64,000 nucleotides of DNA from contig CAWAIF010000003.1 in assembly GCA_963782055.1 (NCBI GenBank), positions 608,001 to 672,000 of the forward strand. Reading direction: 5' to 3'. This DNA comes from an uncultured delta proteobacterium (GTDB lineage: Bacteria > Myxococcota_A > Polyangia > Polyangiales > Polyangiaceae). Below are positions 29,408 to 39,337 of the stretch, piece by piece; position 1 is the first letter of the stretch, and each line of letters opens with the position of its first letter. Position numbers and translations under genes: made by a program. Under the pieces are notes generated by a model. That model did no database searches, had not been told where the DNA came from, and saw only the letters and a program-made list of their open reading frames with translations.

Positions 29408-31855
29408 ATGATCACGCGCGCGCTCCGCCCCTACGGGCTCTTTGCAGTCTGCATCCTCTTTTCTTGCTCCAGCACCGAGACACCGCCGGCGCCGACCTCG
29501 CCGACGGTCCACTTCGTCGACGCAGCCGCGGTGCCCGACTTCATGGACGTTCCCTTCCCGTCCGACGCGTACCTCGCGAACGGGAAGATCGGCACCATCC
29601 CCGCGCTGGACGCCGTGGTGACGGTCAACGCCAGCTTCTTGCAGAAGGCCCTCTCCACGCTGGACGGCTTCTCCCGCACGGCGGCCGCCGAGTTCTACGT
29701 CGACGACCCCACGTCCACCGCCGACGAGCCCGTCTCGGCGAAGGTCGACCCGGCGACCCTCCCGGTGAACGAAGCCGCCTGCCTGGCCGATCAGAGCTCG
29801 GTCTTCTTCCTGGATCTCGAGCAGACCGACCCGGCGAAGGCGCGCATCGGCTGCCGCGCCGCTTATCACGTCGCCAGCCTGGCCAAGACGCGGCCGGCGC
29901 TCGGCGTGGGGCCCGCGCGCGGGGTCGTCCTGCTGGAGGGGCACCGCTACGCGGCCGTCGTCACCAGCCGGGTGAAGGACAAGGACGGTCACGCCCTCGC
30001 GGCGAGCCCGGACTTCCAGAAGATCGCCTCGGGGGACCGCTCTGGCCCGGTCGGCGCCATGTACGGCGACGCCTACGACAAGGTGTCGGCGCTGCTCTCC
30101 GGCGCGCTCGCCGCCGACGGCGCGCAGATCGTCGGGGTGGCGGCCTACACCACCGACCACTCCACCCGGGAGCTCTTCGCCCTGCGCGACGCCCTGGAGG
30201 ACGCCCCCACGCCCGCGCTCAAGTGGGACACGGCCTCGCTCGCGCCCATGGGCGACGGACGGTTCGCCGCCGCGACGCCGTTGCCGGCGGGCTTCGCCGC
30301 CACCCTGGACGACTGGCTCGGCGTCGTCGACGCGAAGGACAAGCTCCCGAGCGGCGACGACGATCCCGATCGCAGCTTGCCCGTGCGCGCTCACGACAAG
30401 ATCGCGGCCGTGGGCACCGCGGTGTTCGACGCGGTGAACTACCTGCAGGTGCGGCCGAACGGCTACGCCGACCCGGACCACGCCAACTTCGCCCGCGACG
30501 CGTCGGGCAACGTCATCCCCGCGCCGGAGAAGCCGACGAGCAAGATCTGGGTCACGATCGCGCTGCCCACCGCGGCGATGCCGCCGGACGGCTACCCGGT
30601 CGTCATCGTGCAGCACGGCCTCTCCAGCTCCCGCTCCTTCCTCTTCGACCTCGCCAACATCTTCTGCGCGAAGGGCTGGGCGGCCGTCGCCATCGACAGC
30701 GTCACCTTCGGCGCGCGCGCGCCGGAGCCGCAGTACCAGAACGACAAGACCACCAACTACGTCAGCGCGCCCGGCGCCAAGTACAACGGCCCGGACGGCA
30801 TCGCCGACGTGGACGACAAGGGCGCCACCAACGGCTCCTTCGACCTCTTCGGTGGCCTGCAGAACCTCGGCGCCCTGCGCGATCAGCTCCGGCAGGCGGA
30901 GCTCGACACCGCGCAGCTCGTGAAGGTGCTGCGCGCCGGCCCGGACATCTCCCCGCTGCAGACGGGCGGCACCGCGCCGAAGCTGGACGGCTCGCGCATC
31001 GTCTACGTGGGCGATTCGCTCGGCGCGATCGAGGGGACCGTGGCCGCCGCGCTGGAGCCGCACGTGCTCGCGTGGGCGCTCAACGTCGACGGCGGCGGCA
31101 TCATCAACGAGCTGGGCGTGCACTCCCCGGCCATCAGCGCGCAGCTCTCCCTCGCCGGCGCGCTCAACTTCGGCTTCCAGAACGACCAGTTCACCGACAC
31201 GCACCCGCTGGTCACCCTGATCCAGACCATCGTCGGGCCCGGGGACCCCATCGACTACGCCTCGCGCCTGGTGACCGACCCGGCCCCGCTGAAGGGCGTG
31301 GCCACCAAGCCGCGCGACATCCTTCAGACGGAGGTCGTCTTCGACGAGATCGTCTCCAACGAGGCCGGCGAGGCGCTCGCCCGCGCCGCCGGGCTGCCGA
31401 TGGCGTCGCCCAACGTCGGCTCCAACGCCGAGATCATGGACCTCAAGGCCCCCGACCAGAACCCGCACCGGATCGACTTCCCGCAGGCGGCGCCGGACTC
31501 GGGGGGCGCCATCCACGACACGCCGCTGGCGGGCACGACAGCCGTCCTGGTGCAGCTCTCCCCCGGCACCCACGGCGAGGACATCGCCAACAGCCACGGC
31601 ACCCGGCAGTACCGGGCGCCCTGGGGGCAGTTCGACACCGATCAGCAGCCCTTCTTCCGCTTCGACACGGCCCAGCAGTACCAGGTGCGCTGCTCCTACC
31701 GGGAGACGCAGGCGGGCGTCACCGGCTTCTTCGACGGCGCCTTCGCCGGCAAGGTCCCGCAGATCGCCGGCTTCGCCGCGCCGGTGCGCGACCTGGACGA
31801 CGACGGCACCCCGGACGCGACCGACCCCGATCCGAACGACCCCAGCGTCAAGTAG
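29408..31855 (+). CDS. Exported alpha/beta-hydrolase (lipase-like) lipoprotein
   Basis: Signal peptide ending LFSC; 'PVVIVQHGL'; nucleophile elbow GDSLG; C-terminal DLDDDGTPDATDPDP Ca-binding-like motif. Confidence 0.8.
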   Translation: MITRALRPYGLFAVCILFSCSSTETPPAPTSPTVHFVDAAAVPDFMDVPFPSDAYLANGKIGTIPALDAVVTVNASFLQKALSTLDGFSRTAAAEFYVDDPTSTADEPVSAKVDPATLPVNEAACLADQSSVFFLDLEQTDPAKARIGCRAAYHVASLAKTRPALGVGPARGVVLLEGHRYAAVVTSRVKDKDGHALAASPDFQKIASGDRSGPVGAMYGDAYDKVSALLSGALAADGAQIVGVAAYTTDHSTRELFALRDALEDAPTPALKWDTASLAPMGDGRFAAATPLPAGFAATLDDWLGVVDAKDKLPSGDDDPDRSLPVRAHDKIAAVGTAVFDAVNYLQVRPNGYADPDHANFARDASGNVIPAPEKPTSKIWVTIALPTAAMPPDGYPVVIVQHGLSSSRSFLFDLANIFCAKGWAAVAIDSVTFGARAPEPQYQNDKTTNYVSAPGAKYNGPDGIADVDDKGATNGSFDLFGGLQNLGALRDQLRQAELDTAQLVKVLRAGPDISPLQTGGTAPKLDGSRIVYVGDSLGAIEGTVAAALEPHVLAWALNVDGGGIINELGVHSPAISAQLSLAGALNFGFQNDQFTDTHPLVTLIQTIVGPGDPIDYASRLVTDPAPLKGVATKPRDILQTEVVFDEIVSNEAGEALARAAGLPMASPNVGSNAEIMDLKAPDQNPHRIDFPQAAPDSGGAIHDTPLAGTTAVLVQLSPGTHGEDIANSHGTRQYRAPWGQFDTDQQPFFRFDTAQQYQVRCSYRETQAGVTGFFDGAFAGKVPQIAGFAAPVRDLDDDGTPDATDPDPNDPSVK
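29442..29454. repeat. Intragenic palindrome, copy 5 (TTGCA-GTC-TGCAT, one flank mismatch) inside the hydrolase gene
   Basis: Core TGCA-N3-TGCA intact; codons TTT GCA GTC TGC. It lies near the gene start, where AT content is naturally higher. Confidence 0.4.
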
Positions 31856-31961
31856 CGAGGCGCGCGCGCGCACTGCGCACGCCCTGCCACTTGATCGAAC
31901 CGGCAGGCCAAGGTGCCGGGGCGGTGCTACGTTCCATCATGGAGGGAGTGCTTCCCTCCGA

Positions 31962-32996
31962 ATGATGGGCGCGCTCCGTTCCCCCCCCTCGACCTACGTC
32001 GACCCGAAGGCAGAAGTTCGCCTCCGGCTCGGGGTGGCCCCCACGTTCTCGCGGGCGGCGGCGGTCGCGTGCGCGGCGCTCTTCGCCGCCGCGCCGCTGC
32101 TCTGGCTGGTGCTGGGCGAGGCGTGGCTGGGCGTCGCGTCGGCGCTGGCCGGGGCGGGTGTCCTCGGCTTCGCTCTGGCCCGTCGCGCGCGTGCGCCGTC
32201 GGCGTGGGTGAGCGCGCACGGATGGGGCCTCTCACGCACCGACACGCTCGGCTCGGTGCGCCTCGCGGCGTGGACGGAGCCCTTCGGTCTGACGCTGCTC
32301 GCCAACCCGGCGCGCACCCGAGCGTTGCTCGCCATCACGACGCAGCACCACACGCGCTTCGTCGGCGTGCGGCTGGACTCCCCGGCGATGCACGCCCTCC
32401 TGAACGAGGCCGCGACGGTCGCCGACGGCGGGGCGCTCGCCGCCCACGCGTCGGAGGAGTCGTCGCTCTCCGGTGAGGACGCCGTGATGCTCGTCGGGAT
32501 GGTGCGCAGGCACTGTCCGCAGGCCCTCAAGCGGCTCTTTCTGTCCGGCTCCCGCGGGGAGCGCATCGTGCTGGACGGCGCAGACCTGCGCATCGAGTCG
32601 GCGCTGGACGCGGCCCACGTCGGCCGCACCTTCGACCTCGCGCGCCCGCTGGAGTGGCGCGGCTTCATGTTCCACGAGTCGATGGGGGCGGTCGCCATCG
32701 TCTACCAGGCGACGTGGATCCGCCAGGGGTCGACGGAGCTGGTCCTCGTCGCGCCCATGCCGGCGGAGCTCGCCACCGGACGCGGAGACGCCTCCGCCAC
32801 CGATCACGATCGACGAGCCCTGCTGCGCGACCTGCGGCTGATGCAGTCGGCGCCGGGGGAGCCGCCGCCGCGCGAGCTGCGCGCCGCCATCGAGCGCGTC
32901 TTCATGCTCCCCCTGCGCCAGGCGCTGGACCGCGCGCCGCGCGCGGCGCGGAGCGCGCCGCCGACGCGCATCTCGTCCCCCGATCACGCGACGTGA
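31962..32996 (+). CDS. Hypothetical protein with two N-terminal TM helices
   Basis: Coding-like GC3 bias; hydrophobic hairpin followed by a soluble domain; no motif recognised. Confidence 0.7.
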   Translation: MMGALRSPPSTYVDPKAEVRLRLGVAPTFSRAAAVACAALFAAAPLLWLVLGEAWLGVASALAGAGVLGFALARRARAPSAWVSAHGWGLSRTDTLGSVRLAAWTEPFGLTLLANPARTRALLAITTQHHTRFVGVRLDSPAMHALLNEAATVADGGALAAHASEESSLSGEDAVMLVGMVRRHCPQALKRLFLSGSRGERIVLDGADLRIESALDAAHVGRTFDLARPLEWRGFMFHESMGAVAIVYQATWIRQGSTELVLVAPMPAELATGRGDASATDHDRRALLRDLRLMQSAPGEPPPRELRAAIERVFMLPLRQALDRAPRAARSAPPTRISSPDHAT

Positions 32997-33026
32997 GGAC
33001 GCGAACGAGGGCGCCCGAGCCGGAGG

Positions 33027-33950
33027 CTAGGGGCACACCGAGGCGTCGAGGGTGCAGGTCTGCGCGGCGCAGGAGGTGCCGCCCAGACAGGAGGAGAGGC
33101 CCGTACAGCCGATGCCGCACTGGGTCCCGCCGCACTTCACTGCGCCCAGGCAAGTCAGCTGCTGCGAGCAGCACACCGAGGTGGACGGCGCGGTGCTCGT
33201 GATGGTGCTGGCGCAGGAGCTGTTGCCCGCGCAGGCGACGTCGCAGGTGGAGCCCGCGCACGTCACCGGCTTCGAACAGGAGCCCTGGCCGGTGCAGGCC
33301 AGCTTGCACTGCGTCGCCGCCGTGCATCCGACGGTGTCCTGACATGCGTAGAAGCCGCACGTGACGGAGCAGTCGTCCCCGGCGCACTTCACCGGGTGGC
33401 TGCAGGCGTAGCTCTGCCCGCAGTCGATGGTGCAGGTGGACGCCTCGCAGTCGACGACGTCCTGGCAGGCCGACTGGCCGCAGGTGATCGCGCAGCTCGC
33501 TCCGCCGCAGGTCACCGGGTGGGTGCAGGAGTAGCTACCGCCGCAGTCGACGTTGCACGCGCTCGCCTGCGAGCAGTCCACGACGTCCTGGCAGGCGCCG
33601 TAGCCGCACTTGATGTCGCACGGGATGCCCAAAGGACACTGGATCTTGCCCTGGCATGCGTAGTTCGCCGAGCAGTCGAAGAAGCACGTGCCGCCGTCCA
33701 CGCACACGCCACCCGCGTCCGGACACTCCGCCGCGCAGAGCGCCGACGCGTCGATGGCCGGCGCGGCGTCCAGCTCGTCGGCCACGTCGGCGGGGCCGGC
33801 GTCGTGCACGTCTCTGGGCGCGTCCAGGGTGGCATCAAGACCGGCGTCCGGCGCTCCGGCATCGCTCGGTGGCAGCAGGCCGGACGCGGAGAGCGTGCAG
33901 CCCACGGCCACACCTGCCAGTCCCGCGCCGACCGCCCGACCCAGCCGCAT
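33027..33950 (-). CDS. Secreted Cys-rich tandem-repeat lipoprotein
   Basis: Lipobox AVGC; DAG linker; repeats of about 21 aa, each with 4 Cys. Confidence 0.8.
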   Translation of the reverse strand: MRLGRAVGAGLAGVAVGCTLSASGLLPPSDAGAPDAGLDATLDAPRDVHDAGPADVADELDAAPAIDASALCAAECPDAGGVCVDGGTCFFDCSANYACQGKIQCPLGIPCDIKCGYGACQDVVDCSQASACNVDCGGSYSCTHPVTCGGASCAITCGQSACQDVVDCEASTCTIDCGQSYACSHPVKCAGDDCSVTCGFYACQDTVGCTAATQCKLACTGQGSCSKPVTCAGSTCDVACAGNSSCASTITSTAPSTSVCCSQQLTCLGAVKCGGTQCGIGCTGLSSCLGGTSCAAQTCTLDASVCP

Positions 33951-34013
33951 CAGAACATCGTACCAGCTTCGAGCGCGCGCGGGGCCGCGTCCCCTGCGTC
34001 GCGGTGCGGCGCG

Positions 34014-35870
34014 TCAATCCTCGAACATCTCCATGCCCTCGGCGATCGCCTCCGCCACGTGCGCCTTGGTCACCACGCCGAGGACCTCCGGGCGCCCGTC
34101 GCGGCCCTCCGGCGCCACCACCACCGCGACCCGCGCCTTGCCCGATTGCATCCGCGCGATGAGATCGAAGAGCGTCGTGCCCGGCGCCACCGTGACGAAG
34201 TCGCCGTGCGCCACGTCGCCGATGCGCTCCGCCTCGCCCACCGTGTCCGGGTGCGCCAGCATCCACTCCCTGGCGAGCACGCCGGAGACGCGCCCGCGGT
34301 CCATGCACACCACGTGGCACGCGTCGCCCTCGGTGCCTCGCGACGTCCGTGCGTCGTGTGGCAGCACCAGCGCCTGGTCCATCGCCAGGTCGGAGACGTG
34401 GTGCACCAGGTGGGCGTTCGCCTGCAGCGCGTGCGGCATGTAGTGGCCGCGCCGCGCGAGCTTCATCGTGTAGATGCTCTCCGGTAGCCACAGGCGTCGC
34501 AGGCCGTAGCTCACCGCGACGGTGAGCGTCATCGGCAGCACCACCGAGTAGTCCAGCGTCATCTCGAAGATCATGACGATGGCGGTGAGCGCGGCGCCCG
34601 TCGCGCCTGCGACCAGCCCGGCCATGCCCGCGAGCGCCAGCGCGACGGGGTCGATGTGCAGGCCCGGGAAGAGCGCCTGCAGCACGATGCCGCACCCGCC
34701 GCCCAGCGCGGCGCCCATGAGGAGCGAGGGCGAGAAGATGCCGCCCGACGCGCCGGACCCCAGCGTCAGCGACGTGGCCACGAGTTTCAGCGCGAAGAGC
34801 AGCAAGAGCAGCCACACGTTGGTGAGCGCGCCGCGCAGCACGTCCATGATGGTCGCGTAGCCGACGCCCTCGATGTAGTAGTGCCCGCCGAAGTGCATCA
34901 GCAGCACCATCGTCACGCCCAGGCAGAGCATGCCGAGCATGTGGCGCAGGTACGGGTGGCGGGGGATGCGCTTGTCGAAGAAGTCCTCCGCGCCGTAGAG
35001 CATCTTGATGAAGAGCACCGACGCGCCCGCCATGATCACGCCGAGCGCCAGGTACGCGGGCAGGAGCACCGCCGCCGTCGTGTACGACATGTGCACCGCG
35101 GGGACCTCGAACGCCGGATGGCTGCCGAAGAAGAACTGGCCGACGTAGGTCGCGGTCGCCGTCGCCAGCGCCACGGGCACGAGCGTCCGCACGCTGACCT
35201 CGTGCATCAGCACCTCCACGGCGAAGAGGACGCCGCCGATCGGCGTGTTGAAGGTGGCGGCGATGCCCGCGCCGCCGCCGGCCGCGACGAGCGTCGCCGC
35301 CTCCCAGCGCGAGACCTTCGAGACGCGCCCCACCCACGACGCAAACGCCGCGCCGATCTGGATGATGGGGCCCTCGCGCCCGACCGACCCGCCGCTCCCG
35401 ATCGAGAGCGCCGAGGCCAGCGACTTGATCAGCGCCACGATCGGCCGGATCCGGCTCTTCTGGTAGTAGATGGCGTCCATCACCTCCGGCACGCCGTGCC
35501 CCTTCGCCTCCGGCGCGAAGTTCTTGGTGAGGAAGACCACCAGCACGGCGCCGGCCACGGGCGCCAGCACCACCCACGGCCCCCACGGCGAGGGCGGCGT
35601 GTGCGCGGTCGTCACGTAGTCGAAGGACAGCTTCTGCAGGAAGAAGACGTTGTGGCAGAGGGCGATGAGCATCCGGAAGACGTAGGCGCCCAGCCCCGCG
35701 ACCGCGCCGAGCAGGGTCGCGATCGCCGCCAGCGAGAAGGGGCCGCGGCCCTTGTGTCCCTCCCCGACGAGCCGCCGGGCGCGCGCCGGCGCCAGCGACT
35801 TCGCCAGGCCGAGCGCACGCGCGCCGAGCTCGCCGCCTTCCGCGAGCAGCGACCGGCGCGCCGTGCTCAT
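34014..35870 (-). CDS. ClC-family chloride channel/transporter with C-terminal CBS domains
   Basis: GHGVPE, GREGP, ATFNTP, GGIFSP, SIYT; CBS-like tail. Confidence 0.93.
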   Translation of the reverse strand: MSTARRSLLAEGGELGARALGLAKSLAPARARRLVGEGHKGRGPFSLAAIATLLGAVAGLGAYVFRMLIALCHNVFFLQKLSFDYVTTAHTPPSPWGPWVVLAPVAGAVLVVFLTKNFAPEAKGHGVPEVMDAIYYQKSRIRPIVALIKSLASALSIGSGGSVGREGPIIQIGAAFASWVGRVSKVSRWEAATLVAAGGGAGIAATFNTPIGGVLFAVEVLMHEVSVRTLVPVALATATATYVGQFFFGSHPAFEVPAVHMSYTTAAVLLPAYLALGVIMAGASVLFIKMLYGAEDFFDKRIPRHPYLRHMLGMLCLGVTMVLLMHFGGHYYIEGVGYATIMDVLRGALTNVWLLLLLFALKLVATSLTLGSGASGGIFSPSLLMGAALGGGCGIVLQALFPGLHIDPVALALAGMAGLVAGATGAALTAIVMIFEMTLDYSVVLPMTLTVAVSYGLRRLWLPESIYTMKLARRGHYMPHALQANAHLVHHVSDLAMDQALVLPHDARTSRGTEGDACHVVCMDRGRVSGVLAREWMLAHPDTVGEAERIGDVAHGDFVTVAPGTTLFDLIARMQSGKARVAVVVAPEGRDGRPEVLGVVTKAHVAEAIAEGMEMFED

Positions 35871-37093
35871 GCCGAGCGCGGATGCAAGTCGTGAGGCCCG
35901 CGCGGCCGCCCGTGTCCACCCGCGACCGGCCTCCAGGCCATCTCAATCCACCGCGTCACGTCACGGCGAGAGAGCATCCCGACGAGGGCGCCGTCCTCGA
36001 TGACCGGGAGCTGACCGACGTCCAGCTTCGCCAGTCGCTCGAACGCCTCGGCGAGCGGCTCCTCCGGACCGACGACCGTCGTGGCGTCCGCCGGGGTCAT
36101 GATCTCGCCCACCTTCGTCGTCTCCCACCGGTCGAAGGGCAGGCTCCTCACGTCGGTCATGGAGACCACACCGGCGAACTCCCCGTCGCGCATCACCGCC
36201 ACCGAGCGGTTCTCGGCGGGAACGAGGTAGTCGTGAACGAGCTGCGCCACCGGCAGGTCCGGCGTGACCGAAGCCCCCGTGCGGCGCATGAGCTGTCGCA
36301 CCGTCAGCCCGGCGAGCGCGTCGTCGATGGCGAGGCGCACCTGCGCCTGGGACGCGGCCCCGTTGAGGAACCAGCCGATGAAGGCGAGCCAGAGGCCGCT
36401 CACCAGGCCGGTGCCGAAGAAGGGGACGTGCACGCCGAAGGCCATCGCGATGCCGGTGGCGATGAGGAGCCAGGCGAAGCCTTGTCCGATCAGCGACACC
36501 CAGCGCGTGGAGGCGCGCAGGTCCCCGGTGACGCCCCACACGATGGATCGCAGCACGCGCCCGCCGTCGAGCGGGAAGGCGGGGAGCAGGTTGAACACGC
36601 CGATGATGATGTTGATCGGCCCCAGCCACGCAAACAGCGTCCCCACTGGCCCGAGGTGTGTCACGCCGGCGTACACGTCCGCCCCGTTGGCGGTCGTCAT
36701 GGCCATGAACACCCCGGCCAGCGCGAGGAAGCCGATGCCCAGCGCGATGCTGGTGATGGGCCCCACGATGGCGGTGAAGAACTCCGCCTTCGCCGACGGG
36801 GGCTCCTTCTCGATGTTGGATACGCCGCCGAAGAGGAAGAGCGTGATGTTGCGCACCTGGATGCCGTACCCCTTCGCCACGATGGAGTGCGCCATCTCGT
36901 GGATGAGCACCGAGAGGAAGAAGATGATCGAGCCGGCGATCGCCACGCCCAGCACCAGCGCCGGAGACCACCCCGGATGCCAGTGTGAGAAGACCGAGAG
37001 CAGGCTCCACGTCAGCAGGGCGAAGATGATGAGCCAGCTCCAGTCGATGCGGAGCTCGATTCCAAAGACGCGACCCAGGCGAAATGCCCGCAT
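35867..37093 (-). CDS. Site-2 protease (M50) with a CBS pair
   Basis: HEMAH, FNLLPAFPLDGG, two CBS domains. Start MRAFRLG at 37093; stop overlaps the ClC start. Confidence 0.93.
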   Translation of the reverse strand: MRAFRLGRVFGIELRIDWSWLIIFALLTWSLLSVFSHWHPGWSPALVLGVAIAGSIIFFLSVLIHEMAHSIVAKGYGIQVRNITLFLFGGVSNIEKEPPSAKAEFFTAIVGPITSIALGIGFLALAGVFMAMTTANGADVYAGVTHLGPVGTLFAWLGPINIIIGVFNLLPAFPLDGGRVLRSIVWGVTGDLRASTRWVSLIGQGFAWLLIATGIAMAFGVHVPFFGTGLVSGLWLAFIGWFLNGAASQAQVRLAIDDALAGLTVRQLMRRTGASVTPDLPVAQLVHDYLVPAENRSVAVMRDGEFAGVVSMTDVRSLPFDRWETTKVGEIMTPADATTVVGPEEPLAEAFERLAKLDVGQLPVIEDGALVGMLSRRDVTRWIEMAWRPVAGGHGRPRGPHDLHPRSA

Positions 37094-37321
37094 GACGTGA
37101 CTCCTTTCGTGTCCCTCTTCCTGGCTTCGACCTCTGGAGAGCATCGACCGTGCCGAACGGTCCGGCACCCGTGCCCCCCAATCGGAGGCTCCGGCGCCGC
37201 GCAGAAGATGCAACCGCGTGAATCTCGTGCGCTTCGTGCGGGTGGCCGGTCAGGCCCGGCCCCGGCGCGCCGTCCGAACGCCGGGATCTCCGCGCACCAC
37301 CCCTATGCTATGGCACTCGCG

Positions 37322-39334
37322 ATGGCCCGCCCCTTCTACGTCACGACCCCCATCTACTACGTGAACGATGTCCCCCACCTGGGCACCGCGTACACGACCA
37401 TCGTCGCCGACGCCGTCCGCCGGGTGAACCTGCTCTTCGGGCGCGACACGCGGATGCTGACGGGGACCGACGAGCACGGCCTGAAGCTCGAGCGCGAGGC
37501 CGCCGCCCGCGGGCAGACGCCGAAGGCCTTCGTCGACGAGATGAGCGCGCGCTTCCGCGCCGCCTGGCCGAAGCTGCTGGTGGAGCCGGACGACTTCATC
37601 CGCACGACCGAGCCGCGCCACGAGAAGCTGGTGCAGTGGATCTGGGAGCGCGTGGCCAAGAAGGGCGACCTGTACCTCGGCGCGTACGAGGACTGGTACT
37701 GCGTCGGCTGCGAGTCCTTCAAGACGGAGAAGGAGCTGCTCCCGGGCAACCTGTGCCCCATCCACCAGCGCGCGGTGGAGCGCGTGAAGGAGGAGACGTA
37801 CTTCTTCAAGCTGGCCAACTACCAGAAGCCGCTCCTCGACTGGTACGACGCGCACCCCGGCTTCATCGAGCCGGAGTCGCGCAGGAACGAGGTGCTCGCC
37901 TTCGTGAAGGGCGGCCTGCACGACCTCTCCGTCTCGCGCACCAGCTTCTCCTGGGGCGTTCCGGTCCCCGGCGACCCGAAGCACGTGATGTACGTCTGGT
38001 TCGACGCGCTCGCCAACTACTGGACCGCCCTCGGGGGCGAGGGATCGACCAACGCGCGCTACTGGGAGCCCAGCGCGGAGGTGGTGCACCTGGTGGGCAA
38101 GGACATCCTGCGCTTCCACGCCGTCTACTGGCCGGCGTTCCTGATGAGCGCGGAGCTGCCGCTGCCCACCAAGATCTACGCGCACGGTTTCCTCACGGTG
38201 GACGGGCAGAAGATGAGCAAGTCGCTGCGCAACGCGGTGGACCCGGTGCGCATCGCCGAGACGGAGGAGCTCGGCGGCCCCGACGGCCTGCGCTACCAGC
38301 TCCTGCGCGCGGTGGCCTTCGGCCAGGACGGCGACTTCGACCACCGCGCGATGATCGAGCGCTACAACGCCGACCTCGGGAAGAACCTGGGCAACCTTCT
38401 CTCCCGCACGCTCGGCCTCTGCGCCAAGCTGAACGGCGGGCGGGTGCCCACGGGCGTCCGCATCTCCGACGCCGCCTTCGTCGCCGGCCTGCCGGAGATC
38501 GACCGCCGCTTCCTGGAGGACGCATCCACCCTGCTCGCCCGGGCGCGCGAGGACTGGACGGCGCTGCGGCCGCACGCGGCCCTGGAGTCGACGATGGCGC
38601 TCTCGTCGCGCGCCAACCAGTACGTCGATCAGGCGGCGCCGTGGGCGGAGGCCAAGAAGGGCAACGGCGAGCGGGTGCATCAGAGCCTGTATCTGCTGCT
38701 GGCGGCGCTCGATGCCCTCTCGCGGTGCGTGTGGCCCGCGCTCCCGCGCAAGGCGGCGGAGATCCGCGTGCAGCTCGCGCTGCCGGCCATCGCCACACGC
38801 GTCGGGGAGGACCACTTCCCCACCGCGCTCGGCGACCGCGCGCCGGACGAGCCGCTCGGCCGCGCCGCGCCGCTCTTCCAGACGATCGACAAGGACGTGG
38901 AGAAGGCGCTACTCGCGCGCCTGGTGCCCCCGCCGGACGCGCCCCACGCCGCGCCCGTCTCCGGCACCTCCATCCCCGGGCATCCCTCCAGCATCCCCGA
39001 GGCCGAGGCGATCGCCTACGAGCAGTTCTCGGCGGTGGACCTGCGCGTCGGCGTGATCCGCGAGGCGAAGCGCGTCCCGAAGAAGGACAAGCTGCTCGAG
39101 CTGGCGGTCGACCTGGGCGAGGAGACGCCCCGGACGATCATCGCCGGGCTCGCCCTGACCTTCGCGCCGGAGGCGCTCGTCGGGCGGCGCGTCGTGGTCG
39201 TGGCGAACCTCGCCCCGCGCGACTTCGGCAAGGGGCTGGTGTCGCACGGCATGCTGCTGGCCACCGGCCCGAGCGACGAGCTGCTGCTCGCCACGGTGCC
39301 GGACGGCGCCGCGCCCGGCGCGCGGCTCAAGTGA
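37322..39334 (+). CDS. metG: Methionyl-tRNA synthetase with C-terminal tRNA-binding domain
   Basis: FYVTTPIYYVN, HLGT, TGTDEHG, YVWFDAL, GKDILRFH, KMSKS, C-terminal VDLRVG..NLAPR..SHGMLL. Confidence 0.97.
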   Translation: MARPFYVTTPIYYVNDVPHLGTAYTTIVADAVRRVNLLFGRDTRMLTGTDEHGLKLEREAAARGQTPKAFVDEMSARFRAAWPKLLVEPDDFIRTTEPRHEKLVQWIWERVAKKGDLYLGAYEDWYCVGCESFKTEKELLPGNLCPIHQRAVERVKEETYFFKLANYQKPLLDWYDAHPGFIEPESRRNEVLAFVKGGLHDLSVSRTSFSWGVPVPGDPKHVMYVWFDALANYWTALGGEGSTNARYWEPSAEVVHLVGKDILRFHAVYWPAFLMSAELPLPTKIYAHGFLTVDGQKMSKSLRNAVDPVRIAETEELGGPDGLRYQLLRAVAFGQDGDFDHRAMIERYNADLGKNLGNLLSRTLGLCAKLNGGRVPTGVRISDAAFVAGLPEIDRRFLEDASTLLARAREDWTALRPHAALESTMALSSRANQYVDQAAPWAEAKKGNGERVHQSLYLLLAALDALSRCVWPALPRKAAEIRVQLALPAIATRVGEDHFPTALGDRAPDEPLGRAAPLFQTIDKDVEKALLARLVPPPDAPHAAPVSGTSIPGHPSSIPEAEAIAYEQFSAVDLRVGVIREAKRVPKKDKLLELAVDLGEETPRTIIAGLALTFAPEALVGRRVVVVANLAPRDFGKGLVSHGMLLATGPSDELLLATVPDGAAPGARLK

Positions 39335-39337
39335 ACG

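Noticed and set aside
29312..31873. Many long antisense or alternate-frame ORFs (e.g. 29312..31873-, 41690..44215-, 23568..26108+, 55778..58129+)
   Set aside because: They are shadow ORFs caused by high GC and few stop codons; they are Arg/Gly/Ala/Pro-rich, lack motifs and overlap well-supported genes.
34014..35870. Fluoride-specific CLC-F exporter
   Set aside because: It lacks the GNNLI/GREGT/GEVTP signatures, and no fluoride riboswitch is apparent.
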